A stretch of 55,055 bases of DNA from a virus (lineage: Duplodnaviria > Caudoviricetes): IMG/VR virus record IMGVR_UViG_3300027857_000022, positions 1-55,055 of that record, one strand, 5' to 3'. The translations under genes and the position numbers were made by a program. The notes below the pieces were generated by a model. It saw nothing but the letters and a program-made list of their open reading frames with translations. It was not told the origin of the DNA and ran no database searches. Positions within the stretch are counted from its first letter, which is position 1, and every line of letters begins with the position of its first letter. Positions 9,082-17,160 of the stretch are shown piece after piece.

Positions 9082-9864
9082 TCATGACGCCTCCGCCATT
9101 TCTACGTGCTCAATTTCTTGTTCGAGAGCCCACAACTGGCCCTCATCCAAGCTGATGAGATCATCGGCCTCCAGATCTAGCTCAAGGGCTGCGGAGATGT
9201 ACTCTACCATCTCCTGTTTGTTGGCGTAGAGCCCCTTGGCACGCCCCGCCTTGAAGAGCTGGTTCAGGCGTGCCTTCTTCTTGTCGGCTTCAGTTGCCTC
9301 GTGGATTTCTACCACGGGCATGCTTACATGGTCAGCTTGTTGCATCTCTTCGTTGGTGTAAATCCCGCTCATCTCAGCAGGAAAGGCACGTCTGAATGCA
9401 AGACTTTCAGCGCACTTAGCAGTCATCACATCGGGCATTTTTTGCCAAATCGTGCTGCTAGGCTGGGCATAGCTGGTATAGCGTGCAACGCCCCAAACAG
9501 GCTGCTCAAAATCCTTGCGCAAGATGCCAATGCGTGCCGCTGCTGGTGGCTCGGGCTTCAACCACACGTCAACCCATTCACCGTCAAGCCCACACCACTG
9601 AGGACCGATCTGGCCAGCATATAAGCCTGTTCTCTCTGCCATGAGCCTAAAGCCGTCAATGCTCGTTTGCACAACCATTTGGCCCCCACGCACAACAGCG
9701 TAAATCTGCCTTGCCATGGGATTGAGACGATAATGCTTGCACACTTCGATGAAAAGCAGAAATTGTTCTGGTGTTGTGCCTTTTGCAACGGTCTTACGAA
9801 TAAGTTCTAATTGCTCGTTATCAAACTGCTGCCGTGGGACTAATGTCCTGATGTTATTCTCCAT
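9082..9864 (-). CDS. bet: Bet/RecT-family ssDNA annealing recombinase
   Basis: LNPMARQIY, QTSIDGFRLMAERTGLYAG, WQKMPDVMTAKCAESLAFRRAFP, GIYTNEEM. Confidence 0.93.
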   Translation of the reverse strand: MENNIRTLVPRQQFDNEQLELIRKTVAKGTTPEQFLLFIEVCKHYRLNPMARQIYAVVRGGQMVVQTSIDGFRLMAERTGLYAGQIGPQWCGLDGEWVDVWLKPEPPAAARIGILRKDFEQPVWGVARYTSYAQPSSTIWQKMPDVMTAKCAESLAFRRAFPAEMSGIYTNEEMQQADHVSMPVVEIHEATEADKKKARLNQLFKAGRAKGLYANKQEMVEYISAALELDLEADDLISLDEGQLWALEQEIEHVEMAEAS

Positions 9865-9980
9865 ATGCTATACTCCTTGTCCTACTGTGTTATTATTCTA
9901 TCGGGACTGGCCTTCGACAACCAGTCCCTTCCATCCCAGGGGAAGGCTTATTCCGACTACTTTAGGCCTTCCCATCCACG

Positions 9981-10190
9981 CTACCGATCCACAGGGTACA
10001 CGCCGTACACCTGTGTCGACTCATCCCAGACGACAAGTCCGCCAGGGATCTTCTCTTGCAACGCATCCGCTTCTTTCTGCAAGATACGATCAAGATCAAT
10101 AATATTCTCCAGTTCAACGATTTTGCTAGTGAAGTGTCGGCGAACACTTGAGATGATCGCCAGCTCCTCCATCATTTCTTCAATGGTCAT
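9981..10190 (-). CDS. Hypothetical protein
   Basis: RBS AAAGGA; 69 aa. Confidence 0.65.
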   Translation of the reverse strand: MTIEEMMEELAIISSVRRHFTSKIVELENIIDLDRILQKEADALQEKIPGGLVVWDESTQVYGVYPVDR

Positions 10191-10202
10191 ATTTGTCCTT
10201 TC

Positions 10203-10604
10203 TTATGAAACCCTAAGTATCGAGAATGGGCGATTCCCGTTCAACGGCGCACTCAGCATATCGCGCCGCTTCGAGATGTCTACTATCTTCGAGACAACGG
10301 GCTGTACAGGCAACTTGTCCTGCGATTGTGCAACCTTCGCAGCTGCAACCAACTTTTCGTGTCGGCACGGCTTCGTCGCAGCACAACTGCACTTCTTCTC
10401 ACCAGTCACATCTCGAACGATGTACCACATGTTCTCGCCCAAGCTTGCGGCCCTGACGGCTGTGAACTTCTCACCTTGCTTCAAGGTGACGACCGCGCCG
10501 TTCTCACCCTTGATCGTCATGTCCTTGCGGGCTGTCATCGCGACTTTGTCGGTCCTGCTATCGAAACTGAAATTGACTGCGACGTATCCTCTCGTGGTTG
10601 CCAT
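10203..10604 (-). CDS. SWIM Zn-finger-like protein
   Basis: WYIV...CSC-x5-CRH motif; first gene of a leftward operon. Confidence 0.65.
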   Translation of the reverse strand: MATTRGYVAVNFSFDSRTDKVAMTARKDMTIKGENGAVVTLKQGEKFTAVRAASLGENMWYIVRDVTGEKKCSCAATKPCRHEKLVAAAKVAQSQDKLPVQPVVSKIVDISKRRDMLSAPLNGNRPFSILRVS

Positions 10605-10656
10605 TGTCGTTGCCTCTCTCGCTGTGGTTCGCGTCCCTCGTTCTTGGGACAGTCAT

Positions 10657-10800
10657 AGTATGCCACAAAAATATTTGTCTGTCAATGGTTTTTGAGACCA
10701 ATTTTGAGCAATTTATAAAAATCAAAAATATTGGCAGGCAAATATTGACAGACAAACTTTGGTGCTGTATTCTATGAGGGGCAGGGATATTTGCCTGTGA
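10657..10800. promoter_or_regulatory. Divergent sigma70 promoters with repeated CAG(A/G)CAAA(TAT) operators (switch 1)
   Basis: Leftward TTGACA(10685)-17-CATACT; rightward TTGACA(10745)-17-TATTCT; four operator copies. Confidence 0.8.
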
Positions 10801-10834
10801 AATATCCCTCATGTTTCATGAAAGGAGGGCATAA

Positions 10835-11071
10835 ATGAAGAAGGAGTGGATAACAGCGAAAGAAGCTGCTGAAATTATCTCAGCAAATAGCGGTCGTCCC
10901 ATCATTCAGCAGTATGTCCGAGAACTAGCACAAAAGGGTAAAATCACGTATAAGCCATTTGATGGACGTACTAATGTCTACCTGCGCTCGGATGTGGAAA
11001 AGATCAAGGTTCGCATCAAGAAGGTAGCAGACAGGCCAGACCAGAAAACAAAACCAGAGGAAGCGGCTTAG
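10835..11071 (+). CDS. HTH DNA-binding protein (MerR/Xis-like), paralogue of 19828..20103
   Basis: EWITAKEAAEIISANSGR...YVRELAQKGKI...YLRSDVE; strong RBS. Confidence 0.85.
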   Translation: MKKEWITAKEAAEIISANSGRPIIQQYVRELAQKGKITYKPFDGRTNVYLRSDVEKIKVRIKKVADRPDQKTKPEEAA

Positions 11072-11184
11072 GCCGAACACGCGGTACTTGCCCTTGTTGA
11101 GGACCCTAGGAAAGTTTATCGACACGGTTAGCCACCGCGTGTTCTCAACCCTGTAGCCTTAGTATAACATGGGGAATTTTTACG

Positions 11185-11568
11185 ATGGCAGACGAGGAAG
11201 TATTCCCGGGTTTCTGGCATCCTAACAACAATGAAGGATTTTCCAAATTGCCACATGAACTGATAGACCGTCTCAATAAGATTGAAAGCCTCTCAGAGCT
11301 AAAAATCATCCTGTACATCATGCGCCACACGTGGGGATTCCAGGAATTTGAGAGAGGCAAAAAAATCACTACAGATGAGTTCATGCATGGCAGAAAGAAA
11401 GCAGATGGTACTCGCATGGATAATGGAACCGGACTTAGTGACTGGGGCGTTAAGGATGGTATTGCTAAAGCTCTGAAGCATGGGTATGTTCTTTGCGAGA
11501 TAGATAACCGCGACAAGGGCCGCATTAGGAAGTACTATAAGATCAATATCTACGTTGATCCTCAGTAA
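11185..11568 (+). CDS. Truncated paralogue of the replication initiator (N-terminal DNA-binding domain only)
   Basis: LSELKIILYIMRHTWGF...DEFMHGRKKADGTRMDNGTGL aligns by eye with 2392..3513; stops where the iteron linker begins. Confidence 0.85.
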   Translation: MADEEVFPGFWHPNNNEGFSKLPHELIDRLNKIESLSELKIILYIMRHTWGFQEFERGKKITTDEFMHGRKKADGTRMDNGTGLSDWGVKDGIAKALKHGYVLCEIDNRDKGRIRKYYKINIYVDPQ

Positions 11569-11571
11569 GTT

Positions 11572-11770
11572 AGATGGGAGAAATTCTCCCATCTGGTAGG
11601 AGATCTGCTCTCATCAGTCAGAGATTTACTCTCATCACATAGAGCAGATCTCCTATCGATCAGAGAAAGAAACTCATATAGAAAGAAACCTGAAGGAAAG
11701 AAACGAGTGAGAGAAGCCGCATTCGCGTTCCTCGCTCTCGCTCGCCCGCATTCGCCCACTCACTCTTTCA
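11572..11770 (+). repeat. Putative origin 2: four GAGA...CTC(C/T)CATC-type quasi-palindromic iterons plus conserved downstream tract
   Basis: agatgggaga-aat-tctcccatct, ggagatctgctctcatc, agagatttactctcatc, agagcagatctcctatc, then tcgatcagagaaaga identical to origin 1. Confidence 0.7.
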
Positions 11771-11956
11771 CTCCTTATGTTCTCCATACACTTGCAAGCT
11801 GAACTTCTGCATGAATCTCCCAAGATGCTGCATCATAGCATCGCGGCTCTCTGATGGTCGCTCTAATTCGAGTTGTGCCAAGGTATCAATGAGAGCCTTC
11901 ATAACAACTTCTGCCTCTTCTGAAGAAACGATGAAGTCTATATGCTTATCTTGCAC
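11768..11956 (-). CDS. Hypothetical protein
   Basis: RBS GAGGAGGA before GTG. Confidence 0.65.
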   Translation of the reverse strand: MQDKHIDFIVSSEEAEVVMKALIDTLAQLELERPSESRDAMMQHLGRFMQKFSLQVYGEHKE

Positions 11957-12203
11957 TGTTTCCTCCTCATTTTCTCAGTGTGAATAGAGTGGCCTGTAAT
12001 TGCCGCCATGGTCTGAACAGCTGCCAGATCTACCACCCGATTTCGAGAATGTATCATCGTTGCATTCCTCTTGTTGGGATCATAGGGCGGTTGTGGCCCG
12101 TTCGGATACTGGTTCATTTGTGTCAAAATACCCTTTCTTTGTGCAAAGAGACTAGACGTGCAGAGTTGCAAATATGCACTATATATACGCATATATAGCT
12201 CAA

Positions 12204-12512
12204 TTATACCAAGGGCATAGGCGTTGGGGTAGCAGGCGGATAAGTCGGCGTTGGCTTAGGCCTCGTGGTAGGTGTTGGAGTAAGCGGACTGTGGGAGAAG
12301 TGGCTCACTGCAGGATGGAAACTCCCCTGCGAATGCAGCCGACTTCCCGTGATGCTCTCTCCAATACCATTCGGATTTGAGCTACCCTTCTTGCTTGCAC
12401 GCAATGATTTGACGAATGCAGGCCTGGGTGCTTGCGCCTGGCTCGTTGCGACGAAATAGGCCGCAGGCACAAGAAAAGCAAATAACGAGAGTAGAACAAT
12501 TATTCGTTTCAA
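12204..12512 (-). CDS. Secreted/membrane-anchored Pro/Thr-rich protein
   Basis: Signal-like KRIIVLLSLFAFLVPAAYFVA, PTPT tail; RBS AAGGAG before TTG. Confidence 0.55.
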   Translation of the reverse strand: MKRIIVLLSLFAFLVPAAYFVATSQAQAPRPAFVKSLRASKKGSSNPNGIGESITGSRLHSQGSFHPAVSHFSHSPLTPTPTTRPKPTPTYPPATPTPMPLV

Positions 12513-12648
12513 AACAATTCTCCTTGTTTCAAGATGGTAATGCAAATATTGCACATGAATCAGAACGAGTGAATGAGGCGATGATAACAGACGGGCATAA
12601 CGAGTTTTACGAGTTTGCGAAAACTGATCAAAATTGGTCGAAAACCCC

Positions 12649-12678
12649 TTGACAATGCGACGCAGAAAGTCGTATAAT
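12649..12678 (+). promoter_or_regulatory. Consensus promoter with TGCGAC-N7-GTCGTA inverted repeat in the spacer
   Basis: TTGACA-18-TATAAT. Confidence 0.8.
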
Positions 12679-12716
12679 ATCTATAGATGATAGAATTACT
12701 TGAAAGGACGAGGAAG

Positions 12717-13148
12717 ATGAATATTTCTGAACTGAGCGAGCATAATGGAGTCGAGACTTATTTCCACGTCACCACAGCGTGGAATTGCAATGAGATTGCC
12801 AGACATGCTCTTGAATCCGGCAAAGTTGAGCTAATTGGGCGTCCGATGGGAGATCACGAAGAGATCCGTCGCGGGGCTGAATGGTCGGAATATTCAAGCT
12901 GGTCTGAAGGCGTTGCGTACGCCACGGATTTCTACAATCGTGATAACTGTTGGGAATATGCGGGTCAGGATCGGCATACGGGTGCCATGTTCGTGTTGGG
13001 ATGGAATGGTGCTGATAAGGAAGCAGAAGATGAGGGTGGCGAGTATGTTGTTCCTCTGGACGGCTACGACGTGATAGCCGTCGTGACCCTGGATGAGGAT
13101 GATCAAGAGATTGTTCAGAATCCGATGGAGTGGGCAATTGGCAGATAG
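12717..13148 (+). CDS. Hypothetical acidic protein
   Basis: RBS-preceded ORF just after the promoter. Confidence 0.75.
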   Translation: MNISELSEHNGVETYFHVTTAWNCNEIARHALESGKVELIGRPMGDHEEIRRGAEWSEYSSWSEGVAYATDFYNRDNCWEYAGQDRHTGAMFVLGWNGADKEAEDEGGEYVVPLDGYDVIAVVTLDEDDQEIVQNPMEWAIGR

Positions 13149-13410
13149 CGAGTATCAGTCGGCAGAGCGGGTGCTGAGTCTGCTGCTCTATCTCCTTCAA
13201 AAGCAGCAGGGAGCAACACGTGAGGAAGTCTATCAGCATGTGCCATCCTATCGGCAAGCTCCCTCTGAGTCGGCTCAGCGTAGGATGTTTGAGCGCGATG
13301 TCAAGCAGATTGAGCAGGTCGGGTTCAAAGTTGAGCGCCAACGGGGTGGTCCGAGCTTGGTAGTGAGGCAGAATGCCAAGCACGCAATTTACAAAGTCTC
13401 AATGCCGTAG
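13138..13410 (+). CDS. Stand-alone winged-HTH resembling the N-terminus of PafB/WYL regulators
   Basis: ERVLSLLLYLL...TREEV...VPSY...RRMFERDVKQIEQVG; no WYL domain follows. Confidence 0.75.
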   Translation: MADSEYQSAERVLSLLLYLLQKQQGATREEVYQHVPSYRQAPSESAQRRMFERDVKQIEQVGFKVERQRGGPSLVVRQNAKHAIYKVSMP

Positions 13411-13438
13411 AGCTGCTAGGAGATAGCAGCTCTTTTTT
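13409..13438 (+). terminator. Intrinsic terminator
   Basis: agagctgcta-ggaga-tagcagctct followed by a T run. Confidence 0.85.
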
Positions 13439-13517
13439 GTGCGCTACAATGGCGCAGAACAGGCATTTGCGACTTTCTAGCAAATCTAAAAATTGGTCAA
13501 AAATCAATGCAAAAGGT

Positions 13518-13550
13518 ATTGACAAACAGACTTATAAGTCGTATAATAAA
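13518..13550 (+). promoter_or_regulatory. Consensus promoter with palindromic operator GACTTATAAGTC (copy 1 of 33-bp repeat)
   Basis: TTGACA-17-TATAAT; identical to 14732..14764. Confidence 0.9.
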
Positions 13551-13600
13551 GATAGTTAAGCGATGGGCTTACACAGAAGTTCAAAAACAAGGAGAAAACA

Positions 13601-13999
13601 ATGGCAACCAATCTTCAACTCCCAGAAGGATACACAGTTCGCAAAGTCGGCAATGTTCTCAAGGTCGTCCCGATGAGAAAGGTTGCCATTGTGAAGAAGA
13701 AAGCAATGCCCAAGAAGATCGAAGTGTCAATTCATCCGTTCGGCTCATATCGTGAGCAGTTATGGATTGGGAAAGTCGTTAATGGGGAATTCGTCAAAGA
13801 GTCCCCTCTCTATAAGGAAGTTCAGGCAGGAAAGATAGTTGCCAAGAAAACATACACTGGGAAGTTTGGAAAACCCTCCACATCGGAGGACTGGGAGATT
13901 ACCATCCCAGATGGTTTTCCGATGGCTCTTGCCAAAAGTCGTCTGTCTGATACCAGCTTTGTCCGAAGAGATACAGAATACGAGGTGTTGTGTGGGTAA
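13601..13999 (+). CDS. Hypothetical basic protein
   Basis: RBS AAGGAG; 132 aa. Confidence 0.75.
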   Translation: MATNLQLPEGYTVRKVGNVLKVVPMRKVAIVKKKAMPKKIEVSIHPFGSYREQLWIGKVVNGEFVKESPLYKEVQAGKIVAKKTYTGKFGKPSTSEDWEITIPDGFPMALAKSRLSDTSFVRRDTEYEVLCG

Positions 14000-14222
14000 A
14001 ATCGAAGAGTATCTGCCAGTCGGTCAAAGAGTTCGGTTTGAGTCAGAGGGCATGCGGGTATGGCAATATGGTCAGATTGAGGGCCATTATGCCACGCGTC
14101 ATCAGGGGAATATGGTTGCCCGTATTCGCCATGATGACGGGCAAATCACGGACATGCCGCATTGGTTTATTGATGCACACGAGCCTCGTAATTCCCTAGT
14201 GAAGAAGGTGAAAAATGCCTAG
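13992..14222 (+). CDS. Small hypothetical protein (SH3/KOW-like pattern)
   Basis: LPVGQRVRF...YGQIEGH; RBS GAGGTG before GTG. Confidence 0.6.
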   Translation: MGKIEEYLPVGQRVRFESEGMRVWQYGQIEGHYATRHQGNMVARIRHDDGQITDMPHWFIDAHEPRNSLVKKVKNA

Positions 14223-14691
14223 ATCAGGCCGGCCCGTATCCAAGGGCCGCACACAGCGGAATTACCAGTTCGATAGAGGCATTGCTGCCTTTATCGACAA
14301 TCTTCCGAATGGGAGCCGCTCCGATTTCGTTGCAGATCTCCTTGAGAAGGGTTTGCAGCGGAAGCTTGAAGAGGGGCTAGAGGCATTCCTTGTCTCTCCC
14401 GACTTCCAAGATGCCGTAGAGAGCGCGACAATTGTTTCATGGAAAGGGGATGAAGTCCGTATTGAAATTTTGCCAGATGGCTCCTGGCGCAAGATCTACT
14501 ATGGCCATGGGGAATTTGCCCAAATGAAGTATGAGTCCCCCGGGGCAATGCTCCTCATCCCCTCTCTTGATTGTGGCGAAATGCCACAATTCATCGAGCA
14601 GGGTGGCACAGAGCAAGAGTGGTTCGATCTCACCTTTGCCAATGAGCGGGATGAAATCGAGAAGGAACTTCGGAAGGAATTAGTTGGGTAA
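14215..14691 (+). CDS. Protein with N-terminal ribbon-helix-helix-like region
   Basis: GRP...RNYQFDRGIAAFIDNLPNGSRSDFVADLLEKGL. Confidence 0.6.
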   Translation: MPRSGRPVSKGRTQRNYQFDRGIAAFIDNLPNGSRSDFVADLLEKGLQRKLEEGLEAFLVSPDFQDAVESATIVSWKGDEVRIEILPDGSWRKIYYGHGEFAQMKYESPGAMLLIPSLDCGEMPQFIEQGGTEQEWFDLTFANERDEIEKELRKELVG

Positions 14692-14731
14692 AATGGGTTT
14701 TTAATGGATGTGAAAAATTCATCAAAAACCC

Positions 14732-14764
14732 ATTGACAAACAGACTTATAAGTCGTATAATAAA
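14732..14764 (+). promoter_or_regulatory. Consensus promoter with palindromic operator (copy 2 of 33-bp repeat)
   Basis: attgacaaacagacttataagtcgtataataaa; preceded by inverted repeat aatgggttttt...aaaaacccatt. Confidence 0.9.
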
Positions 14765-14837
14765 AGTATCGAGAGGGATTACTCCCTCTCACAGTGCCCG
14801 TCCCGCGAGACGAGCAGAAAGGAAAAGGAACACAACC

Positions 14838-15125
14838 ATGTACACATACAATTTGGAGTCCTCGATGGCTGATCGTCTCAATCTCGATGAGTTCGCGAGC
14901 AGTCGCGGATATGAGGATGCGCGAATACTAGAAGGAGAGTTTGATATAGAGCAATATGCGCATTCGCTGGTCGATTTGTCACTAGACGAAGACGATCAAC
15001 TAACAGACGATCCAGAAGAGTTTCGCTTACGATTCGTAGATTCGTATGTCAAGGCTTTCCTCGAGGGGAGAAAATCTCTTCAGGAGCAAGCGCTGCGAGT
15101 GCAGCGAGAAAGGATTGAACGATGA
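14838..15125 (+). CDS. Hypothetical acidic protein
   Basis: RBS AAAGGAA before ATG. Confidence 0.7.
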   Translation: MYTYNLESSMADRLNLDEFASSRGYEDARILEGEFDIEQYAHSLVDLSLDEDDQLTDDPEEFRLRFVDSYVKAFLEGRKSLQEQALRVQRERIER

Positions 15126-15310
15126 GAAACGACATTTATATCTCTAGCAGAGAGAGTTACGAAGAAAGTGATCGGGCCTCAGCTTACCTCATAAAGGAGT
15201 ATATCGATGTTAGTACAATTCATGAGATTGTGATACATCGAGAGGATGGATCTGAATATCATATATTAGGTCCTGAGCAGATAGGGGAGTATTTGAGAAG
15301 AAATTCTTGA
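15122..15310 (+). CDS. Hypothetical protein
   Basis: ATGA-coupled. Confidence 0.6.
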   Translation: MRNDIYISSRESYEESDRASAYLIKEYIDVSTIHEIVIHREDGSEYHILGPEQIGEYLRRNS

Positions 15311-15388
15311 TTATTATCGGGGTTCTATATTGTTTCAATAAGTTGATCGATGCCTCTCCAAAAGTCGAGAGGCATTAGGGGAAATAAC

Positions 15389-15739
15389 ATGAAAGACGAA
15401 CTGACACAGCAAGAGCAGGCAGATGTGGATTTCTACAATAAGATACATCTGTTTAATTCTCACAAAGTGAATGGTATCTGGCAGGAGAGGTATCCCGAGA
15501 AGCAAATCATCTCTGGTCTCTCAGAAATAGATCAAGGGCGATATTATAGGGGACGAGAGTTTGATTTTTTAGGGCATTCTTCTATGAATGGAGTGCCCGT
15601 AACAGCAGAGGATATCCGAAGTCAGTTACGGAAAGAAGGAAAATATCCGTATTGCCTAACATGTGGTTCCTGCAATAAAAATATATCGCAGGAAGAGATA
15701 AAAGAGTATTGTCTCTTTATCAATGGGAGTGGCGTCTGA
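15389..15739 (+). CDS. Hypothetical protein
   Basis: ORF with RBS; C-terminal CLTCGSC. Confidence 0.65.
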   Translation: MKDELTQQEQADVDFYNKIHLFNSHKVNGIWQERYPEKQIISGLSEIDQGRYYRGREFDFLGHSSMNGVPVTAEDIRSQLRKEGKYPYCLTCGSCNKNISQEEIKEYCLFINGSGV

Positions 15740-15832
15740 AAAGGTAGTTCATCGGTTTTTGCCAGTTCTACGGGACTGGCAGCATCGGGTGAAGTGCCCG
15801 AAATACTTTAGTAGTCGAGAAAGGACTAACAA

Positions 15833-16210
15833 ATGCAATTCCGTAATTTAACCCCACATGCCATTCGCATCCGCTTGGATGCAAGCAATGAGCCTCAGCC
15901 TTTGGAGAGCGATATTGTTCTTGAGGCCGAGAAATCTCCTCTCCGTATCTTGGAGAAAGTCGTTGAGCATCATCGTCAAGGCGATGTCCTCATTCGCACT
16001 ACGCAACTTGGTGATATTGAGGGTCTCCCTGAGTATGAGGATGGCGTCAGGCTGGTTGTCTCGATGCCCGTTGCCGAACGAGCGTATGCCCTGGGGCGGC
16101 GCGATGTACTTTCCCCCGATACGGGTGCGGATGCCATTCGGTTCAAGTTGCCAAATGGCAATGAAGGGATCTATGCCGTGCGTGCATTGCGCTATATCGT
16201 CGGAAAGTAG
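15833..16210 (+). CDS. Conserved phage hypothetical protein (NLTPH-type)
   Basis: NLTPHAI...EGLPEYEDGVRLVVS...RRDVLSPDTG pattern common in phage small proteins. Confidence 0.75.
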   Translation: MQFRNLTPHAIRIRLDASNEPQPLESDIVLEAEKSPLRILEKVVEHHRQGDVLIRTTQLGDIEGLPEYEDGVRLVVSMPVAERAYALGRRDVLSPDTGADAIRFKLPNGNEGIYAVRALRYIVGK

Positions 16211-16497
16211 TCCTCAGTTAGTTCTTGCCGATCTTGCGGGGTCGGCAAGCGCAAGCCAAGTCGGCTTGGTAGTCCTCTCAAGCCTGAGAGGAGAAAGGAT
16301 TCGAGAAGAGGAAATAGGTGCAATCATCATAGATGATGGGGATGTCATTGGAGAAGATATAGAGTGTGTTGAGTGTGGTATCGTCATTCTTCCCAAGAAT
16401 GTGTAGTTCTTTGTCGATCCTGCCCATATCGTGCGGTGTGGGCAGCAGTGGGCAAACGGGCCCTAGAGTGGTTTCAAAAAGAAAGGAGCGCTTAAAA

Positions 16498-16743
16498 ATG
16501 AGCGCAAGTCAGCAAGATCACACGAAGTTCGGCAATCTCATGCTGAGCATGGCCCAGCAGACGGGCCGCATTCCCAGTGCAGAAGACGCACAAAAGATGC
16601 ATGAAGTTTTGGATATCTTCGCTGCGGATATGCAGCAGGAAGATCCCAATGGAAGCATCTATTGCAATTGTCATGGGGAGCCATGGCGCAATCGTGATGT
16701 TGATATCTGGGGGAATTGCCCCTGGACGAGAGGAGAAGAGTGA
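16498..16743 (+). CDS. Hypothetical protein
   Basis: RBS AAAGGAG. Confidence 0.65.
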   Translation: MSASQQDHTKFGNLMLSMAQQTGRIPSAEDAQKMHEVLDIFAADMQQEDPNGSIYCNCHGEPWRNRDVDIWGNCPWTRGEE

Positions 16744-16934
16744 TGAATAATCAATCGTCAGCTCCCTGTAAATATTGTGGGAGCAAAACAGAGAATTTGG
16801 ATCAGTATGGAGAGCATGCGTGCCAGGGATGTATCGAATTCTTCATGGTGCATCCCACGCCTCCGGTTGCTCCTCCTGAAGGATCAGTCTTGATCCCCCT
16901 AGCAGGGGAGACGATCAAAGCGTTGAAAAAGTAG
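16740..16934 (+). CDS. Small Zn-finger hypothetical protein
   Basis: CKYC...CQGC. Confidence 0.6.
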   Translation: MMNNQSSAPCKYCGSKTENLDQYGEHACQGCIEFFMVHPTPPVAPPEGSVLIPLAGETIKALKK

Positions 16935-16968
16935 TAGTGGGGCAGCAATGCCCCTTTCAGGAGGAATC

Positions 16969-17154
16969 ATGTACGCAGTTGCATTTTTAAATGCGCGGGA
17001 GCGCTTAGTGGTTTGGGCCGTAAAGGCTGATAATGAGGAAGAGGCAATTAAAAGAGCCTTCCAATTAAATGAAGAGGGCGTCTACCCTCTTGTGCCTCCA
17101 AGAGTTACCATTATCGAGGAAGATTTCTGCATCTATCATGCAGATAATGATTAA
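16969..17154 (+). CDS. Small hypothetical protein
   Basis: VKADNEEEAIKRA motif; RBS AGGAGG. Confidence 0.65.
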   Translation: MYAVAFLNARERLVVWAVKADNEEEAIKRAFQLNEEGVYPLVPPRVTIIEEDFCIYHADND

Positions 17155-17160
17155 GGAGGA

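Noticed and set aside
9865-10695. 276-aa plus-strand ORF and similar long antisense ORFs (23285..23953, 12769..13383)
   Set aside because: They lie opposite well-supported genes and have no RBS or motifs.
11938-12192. 84-aa minus-strand ORF
   Set aside because: Only MNQYPNGPQPPYDPN looks protein-like; probably a fragment, not enough to call a gene.
13518-14764. 33-bp direct repeat as CRISPR repeat or att site
   Set aside because: Only two copies about 1.2 kb apart, each a full consensus promoter; no spacers or cas genes.
15858-16406. 182-aa plus-strand ORF
   Set aside because: Overlaps the better-supported 15833..16210 gene and hairpins; only its last ~35 codons (CVEC) may be a gene remnant, and they lack a start.
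15745-16470. Intergenic hairpins as hammerhead ribozymes
   Set aside because: No CUGANGA/GAAA core; kept only as unexplained structured elements.
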